From Octopus sinensis (Eukaryota): a stretch of DNA of 64,000 nt. The stretch covers positions 104,346,001-104,410,000 of the forward strand of contig NC_042999.1 in NCBI RefSeq assembly GCF_006345805.1. Direction: 5' to 3'. Below are positions 41,501 through 53,216 of the stretch, in pieces (the first letter of the stretch is position 1; every line of letters begins with the position of its first letter). Under the pieces are notes generated by a model, which did not search any database, had not been told where the DNA came from, and saw only the letters and a program-made list of their open reading frames with translations. The translations under genes and the position numbers were made by a program.

Positions 41501-44500
41501 TAATGATATATATATATATATATATATATATAATGCATGTTTGGAAAATCCTATTCGTTGATGAAGACAATTCTTCCTGGTTAAAAAATTATCTGATTTA
41601 ATAGATTCTTTTGATGTAAGAATGGGATTGTATGATAGTGTGAAGATTTGCAGGATTTTACATTTTGGATGTACTTATTAAAAAATTTACAATAGTTTTT
41701 GGTCTTTGCAGAAATGATGGATTGACTCTATAAAAAATCACAAATGGACATATTAGACAAATAAAGGAAGGATATTATCCACAATTTAATACTTTTAGTC
41801 TAAGAATGACTATAGCCACTAATTTAACTATAGAAAATTTTCTTAGTGTTACCTTACATTTAACTACTAAGATATTTATATCAAATCTTCAGAAAAGCCT
41901 TTAAAAAAAAACTCAATTAACCCTCTACTCCATAGATCATATCACCCATTATCTCATCAATAAGATCAATAGAAGGGTTTTCAGTTTGCCTTTCAATAAA
42001 TAAATTTTCCTAGCTTATAGATTTCAGGATAGAATTACTATATCTGAAATATAATTGTGAATAAAATGTGATACCTTGTTTTGTATCCATCTCAGTCCCT
42101 CTATATCTTTAATCTCTCAACTGGCACAAATCCACACCCCAGTGCTTTTCACCCCAGTTGATGGGTCTTTGCTTTAATTTTTTTGTCTTGCAAGGTTTTT
42201 GGTGGCTCTCTCAATGCTGGTGTCATAGAAAAAGCATCAGCACTGGTGCTGGTACCACATAAAATGCATTGGTGCCATATAAAATGTACTGGTATCACAA
42301 AATGCACCCATGCTGGTGCCATGTAAAAAGCACCCAAAACTATGTAAAGTGATTGGTGTTAGGAAGGACATTCAGCTGTAGAAACCATGCCAAGATAATT
42401 GTGCTTGGTATGGCTTCTGGCCTTTCCAGCTCCTGTCAAACTATCCTGCCCATGACTGCATAGTAAACAGATGTTAAATGATTATGATGATGATGATCAT
42501 ATCAGTAATATATTTGACCCTCTTATTTTTGTTTTACACATGTGTACAATGTTAACACCCAATTTTGACTTTGATGTTTTGTATTAAATTTCCTGCATTT
42601 TATGGGAGTTAATTCCTCAAATTTTCCTCACTCAATTTCTCACCTGCTCCCTCAAAAAGAATATGTGCCATAATCATATAGTTTACACTCTTCTTTTCAC
42701 AAGTTTTATATCTTTCCACTCAATTATATATTTAATATTGCAAACACTTTTCTAATCTTAATAGGTAAACACTTCCCACCAATCATAATTATCTAAAATT
42801 TTTTAACAGGCAAAATCTTAAGTTAAGCTTAAGTGATCCCTCAAATATGGAAAACATAACATCACATATACCCATCAATAAAACCAGGCCACTTGCTTGT
42901 TTGAAAACACCAGTATTTGTTATATAGGTTAACTCTATAAACTTTGACATTGAACATGATACATAGGCATGACTGAAGAAAATTCAAAGAAAAGATTCTA
43001 CAAACATACATCCTCTTTTAGACATCAAAATAGTGACAAAACTGACTACAACTGACTAAAGAAAAAGAGAAATTTGCAACAACAGCATTCAATGGAAAAT
43101 TATTGAAATATCTAAACTCTACAAAAGTTTTGATCTTTGTACAGTAGACAAAGGAATCCTCAAAAACCTGCATATCTATGAGTTCTATTTGAACATAGAT
43201 GCTGGCATGGCTGTGTGGTTAGAAGCTTGCTTCCTAACTACATAGTTCCAGGTCCAGTCCCACTGTACAGCACCTTGGATAAGTGTCTTGTACTATAGCC
43301 TCAAGCTGACCAAAGTCTTGTGAGTGGATTTGGTAGATGGAATCTGAAAGAAGCCCATCGTATATATGAATGTGTGCACGTGAGTGTCTTTGCGTCTGTG
43401 TTTGTGCCCCATCACTGTTTGACAACAGGTATTGGTGTGTTTATGTTCCCATAATTTGGTGGTTCGGCAAAAGCGACTAATAGAATGAGCACTAGGCTTA
43501 AAAGAATTAAGTCCTGGAGTTGATTTGTTTGACTAAAATAACTCTTCAAGGCAGTGCCCCAGCATGGCCACAGTCAAAATGACCGAAACAAGTAAGAGAT
43601 AAAACACCTGTTCAAAGTTATTTAGGAAATGCAGTCACTTTGGAAAAACCTCAGTTTTGTGACTTGATTGTGCCACCTTCACTTAAGTAACTGTGCACAA
43701 ATGCATGTAGTTATGCTCACTTATGAATGCTTATACTTCCCTTTGTTGTTTTCCATTTTCTGAATTTCCCTTTTCATTGTTCTTTCTTTCTCTCTATCCT
43801 CTTTTTTCCCCATTGTTGATATGTTCATGCATGCTCCTGTTAATATACCACTCTTAACCCTTTGAGCCCGTAACACTGGTTTACTGGTAGATGTCTTATT
43901 TTTCTCTATACTGTAGCACCGGTGGAGTGCCAGGTATATGGTAAAATAAGCTTCAGGAGGTCAGGGCTCAAAGGGTTAAGTCTCTATTCTAATTCCAGTC
44001 TAATTTTTTCTTTCTGATAGTAATATTTTCATTTTTGTAACATTAACATTTGAAATGTATTACACTCTTAAGGGGGAAATAACTCATTTCTACTACCTAT
44101 GAGCTGTGCACTGTAGCAGAAATGAAAACTATTTTTGCAAAGTATATTTTAAATGGCCGAATAAACGAAGGCTTGGTCTAATAAATTGTCTTTATGGCAA
44201 GAAACTCTTAATAACTGCAATGGATTATATGTAGTTACTATTACTTTTTATATATTGCACAATTTTTTTTTTGATATATTATTTATCACACTTGATATGA
44301 TTAAACACACACATACATACACATTTATCAAATCAAGCTATATTAACATGGTAAAACAGTGATTAAAACAATAGTGATAATAACAATAATACATATATAC
44401 ATATATATATATGTATTGTCTTTGCCAGAGATGAAGAAAATCGAAAATATGATTAAAGACTATTCAAAATATGTAAAAAATGTTGGTGAACAATTTTCCA

Positions 44501-47500
44501 TGGAATCTGATGCTAAAGAGGATTCAGAAAGTCATTCCTCAGAAACAGATAACCTGCATAAAGACCCTTTAACTGACACAAGTAAGGAATGCATTTGTCT
44601 TTACTAATCATTATTTTTGATAACACTTTGTAATTCTACTTAACTAATTATCAGTTTCACTAATCTTTAATTTACTGCTTTTCGTTGTTTTCCAGGGTCT
44701 CTTTTTATTAATGTTTATCAGATTAACCCTTTAACATTCAAACCAGCCATTCCAACCCTATTTTATGTTCAAACTGGCCAGATCCAGCCTCTCTCACCTA
44801 CTCTGCAATGTCATTCTAAAAATAAGCAATCATATCTTTGAAATCTCAAAGCTATGAGATAATACAGAATTAGTTTTATAAAATGTGAATATTTAAGTAT
44901 TTTATTTGACAAAGTAATCTGAATGCTAAAGGGTGAATGCAGTCTCTTGTCAGCTTTCACTTTACTAATCTTCTAGGCAATGAATTCTTAATACACTAAT
45001 CTACTGACAGATCAGTCTATACTTACTGAATGTATAAGAGCTGCATGAATAGTTTATTTTCTAAATGTCAATTGCAGTATTTCTCTAATGAATCTCCATT
45101 AAACTTCTCTAAATCATATGGATCTAAGCAAACTTGGTGGATTGCAATGCTATGATTAACACCTTTCCACCTTGAACCAAAATCTAAAATAAAAAAACCC
45201 CAAAAAACAAAAAAAACAAAATCTGTTTTTTAATATGCATTGCGTTTTAGTCAAATTCAACTGGTTAAAATTTATGCTCATAATGCTCACTGGATCAATG
45301 TAGAACTTCTGAAAATTTTGACCATTTACTTAAGCTTATTGTGTTTCTTTTTTTTCTTTTTTATGCCTTGGGCTGGACAGGTTCATAATGTGGCATAATG
45401 TCACCCCTCACAATTTTGTCATTTCATTTGTGAGGGACAGCATCCTGGGATCTGATTTTTATTACGTTTTCCAATGCCTTCTTTGATTTTTCTGTTGCTT
45501 TATGTCCTTTCCGCTGTAATTATATGTTTTTTGTTTGTTATAGATAAACTTCTCGTTTCATGTTATTGCTTCCTTATGTAAACACATGGTTTGCCCCTGG
45601 CAGGAAATAACTCAAGGGTTCTCATGAGTAGCCAGTGTGAACTCTTATAACTTACAGAACTGTAATAAACAGGATGAGATTGAAAACCAAACTCTGATTG
45701 ATCCTTTCCTGCACACTAATTTTGTCATTGAGTTCATTAATAACTCCTATTCTTCTGACAGCATCTCTGTACTTTTCGAAGATCCTGTATATAGAGAAAA
45801 GTTATTATTTTTTCCAATTTTTCTTGTTATATCAGTCAAGTTTTACTTTGCTTGCTTCTAAGTATTTGTGTGCCATAGCTGTAGCTTTGGAATAATTTTC
45901 TGTTTGCATCAGCTCTAATCTTCACTATGTGTGTGGGAAAATGTATATATTATCTATATTAACTTTGGAGTACAATTAGTAGTTTCTTGGTTTTTCTAAT
46001 GTCTTCAATTCACAAATCTTTCAGTTAATTAAGTTAAAACTGTAGGTTACGATATGGATGTCTAGACTATTTATACCCATTATATTATTTCTAGAACTGA
46101 GTTCAGTTATTAATATCGTGTTTGGCACTTCTGGATTTTATCACTTTCATCTTCTCTTGTGGGTTGTTCTGATCTAATTTTCTGATTTCAGTGATTTGAT
46201 TGAATATACTACTTTTGGTTTTCACCTGTTATTCGTTTCAGTTGACTTTAAACCTTTGAACTTTCTAAAGAAAGTATCTGTATCATATTGGATTTGTTTT
46301 AATTGTTCTTCATCTCCCAGTTTGTGGGCCTTGTACCTATGTTAGAAATCATTATTGGAAATCATTAGCATGCTGGACAAAATGCTCAGTGCCATTTCTT
46401 CCTGCTTTACATTCTGAGTTCAAATTCTGCCAAAGTTGTACATTACCTTTCATCCTTTCTGGGTCGAGAAAATAGGTACCAGTTGAGCACTGGTATCGAT
46501 GTAAGTGACTAACCACCCCCTCTCCACAAATTGTGCTTACAGTAGAAAGAATCATTAGCTGTTTTACATAACTTTTGATTTGTTTGTGCCACATTCATAA
46601 AATACCATCTGTTTATTCTTCTCCTAGATCTTGATTTATTTCTAATTAGACCATGCAGTTTTTTGGGTTTTTTAAAAAATAATTCTAGAATATAAGAAAA
46701 ATGAAACTTTGCTGGTGAAAGGTGATGCTTTAACCATTTCTGTTGACTGTTTCTGCTCTATACATAGACAGATACATTCTTCATTGATGCAGTGTGTATC
46801 AATAAAAAAAAAAAATTACTTTCTTTTTCTTTCATTGTTTTCAAATTTTGAACCTTATTCAGGCTCTGCAAATGATGCACCCTCACCATCCTCAGATCCT
46901 GATGGGGTAACACCAGCTGCTAGTGATGAAGAGCAAACAGACAAACTATCTGACAGTGCAACAGATAAAGGTGAGTAATGGATTAACTTACTAATGATAG
47001 ATAATCTTGTAGAATAACTGTTGGGTGGTCATTGTTGTTGCTTAATCTCAGCTCAACTTTGATTGAGCAAGCTTGTGATTAAAAGCATTATAGTTACGAC
47101 CAGCCTACCTTTTTGGGTATACATTATTCAATTTGTCCTTCCTTGTCTCAAGTTTTGGTGTTGATTTCATGATGATGATTTGGGGGCTATTTCTTGCAGG
47201 ATGTGTGACCATATAGAGGCTTCCTTCATTGTTACTCTTTTGGATGGTAAACTTGGGTTTAATCTTTTACTCATTTTATCACCTAACTTTGGTTACCTTT
47301 AACAGAATTTTAAAAGATTGTAAGCATAGCTGTGTGACTAGGAACATCAACAAGCAAGTCTGAAAGCTTATCTATGCTGTGAAAATGTGATTCCTGAGAT
47401 GAATACTAAAGGTATTCTATACAGATGGTGTGAAAAATCATTGAAGTCTTTAGATGGACAGAAATCATCTGAAAATTTCTGAACAGTATAAGGAAGTAAC

Positions 47501-48679
47501 AGGTTATGCTCATTAGACTTCATGTGAGAAGACAAAGCTTTGCATGCTTGGTAACATCTGGAAATATATTAAAATATAGAAGAAGCTGGAGAAGATTCAG
47601 TGAAAAGATATTCATTGGTCTTACTAATTGGCTACAACAAAACCAACCCACTAATTTGTGAAGTTTTGTATGGGTAGAGGTCTTTGATCTCTGATGCCTC
47701 TTGGTGTAGCATATTGAAAAAGGTGCAGGTATTGCTGTGTGGTAAGAAGCTTGCTTCCCAACTACATAGTTCCAGGTTCAGTCCCTGTGCATGGCACCTT
47801 GGACAAGTGTCTTGTACTATAGCCTTGGGCTGAACAAAGTCTTATGAGTAGATTTGGTAGACAGAAACTGAAAGAAGCCCATCGCCATATATATGTATGT
47901 ATGTGTGTGTGTGGTGTGTGTGCGTGTGTGTATCTTTGAGTTTGTGTTTGTCCTCCACCACCAGTTTATCAACTAGTGTTGGTGTGTTTATGTCCCTATA
48001 ACTTAGCAGTTCAGCAAAAGAGGCAGATAGAAAAGTATCAGGCTTTAAAAGATCCATTTAATTTAAATTTCTTCAAGGCGGTGCCTCAGCATGGTCGTAG
48101 TCCAGTGACCGAAACAAGTAAAAGATAAACGATAGAAGATTCCAGCCAGGTCTCTAGTGTGATGATAAATCATATTTTATGTATTGTTTCCGTACTGTTT
48201 CAACTCACGAGTTGCAGTTTCTTTCTCTTTTTGTTTCCCACCAATCTCAGTGGGTCTGCAAAAGGTCAGCATTCTTAACTTCACTCACTTTCGACTCAGT
48301 CATTCATTTTTGTTACTATTGATGACTTTATCCATCATAACTCCTTCATTCTTTCCCTCCCTCACACTAAATGTGAATAACCATGCAGCAATTCTACAAG
48401 AACCTGCTTCGTCCCCTCTCACAGTTCTCTCATACTCTGACCCTTTGTCCCCTAACAGCCCACCTCTCTCAGGGTTTGTAGTCTTGTCAGTTGCATGGTG
48501 ACCTCAATAGTGCTGGTGACATGAAAAAAGCACCCAGAGTACATGCTGTTTAGTGGTTGGCATTAGGAAGGGCTGTCGAATCTGTGCCGAAGCAGACATT
48601 GGTGTACAATACAGTCCTTGGGCCCATTTAGCCCTGCCAAACCCGACCAACCCATGCCAGCTTGGAACATGGACATTAA

Positions 48680-48711
<32 letters not shown>

Positions 48712-51700
48712 CTTCACAGGATTTCTTTAAATTCTTTTTTATTTGTTTTGTGTCACATTCCTTGCAGTTTTTGGTGGAATATTGTTGGTTTCCTTCAAAT
48801 AGTTTTCTTCTTTGACAAAGTATTCATATTTTCCACTAATATGTCATGTGATATTGTCAAGATGTTTCGGTCATATTTTCTTTTGTTTGTCATATATTTT
48901 CTAACCGATCTTTGTGTTTTTTTAACTTTGAATTGTTTTCTGTTTACTCAATATGTTAGGCAAGATAAATTTTGTATTTCTATTTACCAATTTTTTTTTG
49001 ACAATTGTTTCTTTCTCAGGATATAATTTTTTGGGAAGAAAGATTTTCTTTATATAATCTCCTTTTTCTTTCACTTCAAAATCTATTATGAGTTGTTTTT
49101 TTCTGTTGAGATGGCAGAATAATTAGAGCATCAGAAAAAAATTCTTAAAAAAATGTGTGCTATTTCCTACAAATCTGTACTTTCTGAGCTCAAATCTCAT
49201 TGAGGTCAACTTCGCCTTTAAATTTTTGGGGATTGTTAAAATAAAATACCAGTCATCCATTGGAAATCGATGATGTCATCTAGCACTCTTGCCTAAAAAT
49301 TACTGGCTGTGTGCCTAGATTAGAAACCATTTTTAAATAATCCCAAAGTACCATCTGCTGTAATTAATTCCCCAAAATTTCAGTCAATTACTGATACCTA
49401 TTTTATCGATTTTTATTCAAGTGAAGTTTTGTCCCTTGTTAGAGTTACTTCCCTTCGGGGAGCAAATACCACTAGTAATTTATATTGATTTAGACACACA
49501 TGCTTGCATACACACACATTCACTCATTCATTTTCTCTCTTTCTCTCACAAGGATACACACTCTCTCTCTCGCCCTATCTGTCTCCCCTCACACACACAC
49601 AAACACATTCACTCTCTCTCTCTCTGTGTCGCTTTCTGTTTCCCCTCTCTCTCTCTCTCTGTGTCGCTTTCTGTTTCTTCTCTCTCTCTCTGTCGCTTTC
49701 TGTTTCCTCTCTCTCTCTCTGTCGCTTTCTGTTTCCTCTCTCTCTCTCTCTCTCTCACACATACACACACTGCAAATTTTCTACCTATTAAATTTCTGTC
49801 GCTTGGCATTAATTGACTCAAATAAATATATGTAGAAGCCACTTGCCCAAAGTACTGTGCAGTGGGATTGAACCTGGTGCCACATGGGTGCAAAGCAAAC
49901 GTCTTCACCATACAGCCACACTTGCACCCTAATTATCAATGTCAGAAGTGCAGGAGTGGTAGAATGAAGTTGGTTGGAAGATGAGAGGTGGCTGGGCCCA
50001 TTGACTACCCGAAGAAATACTTCATTAAGCATAATCATTCCAGATTTTGACTTCAGATTATGTCAAATGTAAGTTTAAACTAGTAGTATTGCCTGGCGTT
50101 GCTCGGGTTTGTTTCGACCCTTTAGAATTGGAATTTTTGAAAAGTAAAAACTTTGCATTATGTAGCTTGTTATTCTCTTTAAGTGAACATTTGTCTGGTT
50201 GAAATACACCGAAAAATGGCAACACAGCAGTCAAAAAATCGTAAAAAATAGGGATTTTCATAGACCCCCCCTCCACATTTTTTATGTATATAATTTTTGG
50301 TGTTAACATGGTCCGATTTGAATTTTATCTTCTACGGAATGAAGAGCAAGCCTTCTCTCATACTTTCAATTTTGGTCAACTTGCGCCGCAGGGTCTCGGA
50401 GGAGATAGTGATAGTTGAAAGCTACCAAACCTGCCACACACAGACAACTTCAGCTTTATATATATAGATTAACATCTGTTATCTTTTGCTTCTTACATGT
50501 TTGTGTCATTGGACTGTGGTCTTGCTGGTGCAATGCCTTGTAGGGTTTTAGTTAAATGAATCAATTCCATTACTTATTTTACTTATTCTTTTTATAAGCG
50601 TGGTACTTATTCTATTGGTCTTTTATGCCAAACTGCTAAGTTGCAGGGATGTAAATAGACCAACACCAGTTGTCAAGAAGTGGCAGGGCCAAAACAAACC
50701 ACACACTCATAAATACACAGTTTCTGTTTTCCCAATCCACTCACAAACTCACCACGCTTTGGTTGACCTGGTTCTATAGTAGTAAACTTTTTCTCAGTGG
50801 AATTGAACCTGAGACCATGTGATAGGGAAGCAAACTTCTTGTCTTTAAGTATTTCTTTTACACCGCATACACACACACATACACTTACATACACCCACAC
50901 GTGTGTGTGTGTGTCCCTGTTTCTGTTTGTTACCTCTCCCACCACTTGACAACTGGTGTTGGTTTGTTTATGTCCCCCATAACTTAGCAGGTCAACAAAA
51001 AAGACTAATAGAATAAGTACCATACTTAAACATGAAAAAACAAACAAACAAACAATAAGTAAAACTCATAAGTACTGGGCACAGTACTAATACCCCTCCA
51101 AGCAGTGCTCCAGATTGGCCACAGACCAGTGACTGAAGGAAGTAAAAGCTAAAAGATAAGAAGATTCTTTATTTCATATTCCAATACAGCTGTTGTATTA
51201 TATCTTTCCACATGACATTTAAGGCAACTTGATTTGCCTTGCAAAGCAGCTTTGATCTAAATATTAAGAAAATTAAATATAAGGTTACAAGTTTTTTTGA
51301 CTACTAATCGAGAAGAATTTTTTTTTATTATTTTCAAATATTTACATCTGCATAACATTTTGATCGATCGGATTTCTGAATGTATTAGGTGTCTTCATCA
51401 CAATCATCATTTAGTACCCATTCTCAATGCTGGCATGGGTTGGATGGTTTGACTGAGAACTGGTAAGCTGGGAAGCTGCACCAGGTTCCAATCTGATTTG
51501 GCATGGTTTCCACAGCTGGATGCCCTTCTTAATGCCAATCATTCCAAGAGTGTAATGGGTGCTTTTTACTGATTATGCACATAGACGCAGGAGTGGCTGT
51601 GTGGTAAGTAGCTTGCTTACCAACCACATGGTCCTGGGTTCAGTCCCACTGTGTGGCATCTTGTCTTCTACTATAGCTTTAGGCTGACCAAAGCCTTGTG

Positions 51701-51746
51701 AGTGGATTTGGTAGGTGGAAACTGAAAGAAGCCTGTTGTGTATATC

Positions 51747-51799
<53 letters not shown>

Positions 51800-53176
51800 T
51801 TTATTTAAAGCAGCAGAAAATTCAACAAAATCTGTTACTCTGAGTTTCTCGTTGCCGTTCCATCAGACAGTTTTTGCTAGAATGGAACCGATATATCAAT
51901 TCAATCTAGACTCTTACAAACGCTACACCTTTAAAAAAATGGACTTGTTTGATTGGCCCTTTAGAAATAACGGTCAATCTTCGAGCGATAAACAAAAAAA
52001 GCTCAAAAATATATGTATATATATATAAAAAATTATAAAATTCGAGGAAAAACCTTACATTGAATAAAATACATATTGACGTTAATGAAGAAAGTATAAT
52101 TAATGCATAGAAATTAAAACTTATTATAAATATTACACTGCAATACATATTTATATTAAAGTGTACATATATATATCAACATACACAGAAGGATGCGTGC
52201 AAACGCCATACATATACAGACGTATAAATATAAATCTAAAATATACACATAAATGCATGCGTACATATATACACGCAATCTATCTCGCACGCAAGTTAAA
52301 ATCATCGATGTAGCGCTTCTCATTTACTGAGTAATGCTTAAGTAAGGGGGACGTAAAGTTGTATCAGTATCAGTTAGAGAAAAAAACGAAAGAAAGGAAA
52401 AAAATTATGTATACATAATTTTTCTTATTTCGTTTTTTTCCCACCCCCCTTTTTCTTTTTTCCTTCCCCCTTCTTCGTTCCTTTTTCTCTCTCTTCCTTT
52501 CTTTCGTTTTTTTCTCTAACTGATACTGATACAACTTTACGTCCCCCTTACTTAAGCTTTACTCAGTAAATGAGAAGCGCTACATCGATGATTTTAACTT
52601 GCGTGCGAGATAGATTGCATGCATATATGTACGCATGCATTTATGTGTATATTTTATATTTATATTTATACGTCTGTATATGTATGGCGTTTGCACGCAT
52701 CCTTCTGTGTATGTTGATATATATATGTACACTTTAATATAAATATGTATTGCAGTGTAATATTTATAATAAGTTTTAATTTCTATGCATTAATTATACT
52801 TTCTTCATTAACGTCAATATGTATTTTATTCAATGTAAGGTTTTTTCCTCGAATTTTATAATTTTTATAATTTTTTTTATATATATATATACATATATTT
52901 TTGAGCTTTTTTTGTTTATCGCTCGAAGATTGACCGTTATTTCTAAAGGGCCAATCAAACAAGTCCATTTTTTTAAAGGTGTAGCGTTTGTAAGAGTCTA
53001 GATTGAATTGATATATCGGTTCCATTCTAGCAAAAACTGTCTGATGAATGGCAACGAGAAACTCAGAGTAACAGATTTTGTTGAATTTTCTGCTGCTTTA
53101 AATAAAGCATATTACTCTACCACTGGTATTTGAGTACTCTTTTTTCCACCTTGTTTCACATTTATGTGTTTACTCC

Positions 53177-53216
<40 letters not shown>

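Larger units (their letters stand above)
51799..53178. mobile_element. Foldback element with ~600-bp inverted arms; probable Penelope-like terminal-repeat derivative
   Basis: 51799-52399 is the reverse complement of 52494-53107 with few differences; 94-bp spacer; 71-bp extra tail at 53108-53178; (TA)n on both flanks. Confidence 0.9.

Noticed and set aside
48553-49026. 157-aa ORF
   Set aside because: It begins in an RTE-tail element, includes the (GAT)n tail as poly-Asp, and continues through T-rich intron DNA; no splice context.
51738-53025. Duplicated ORFs MEPIYQFNLDSYKRYTFKK... on both strands
   Set aside because: They are a consequence of the palindrome, run into microsatellites, and resemble no protein I know.
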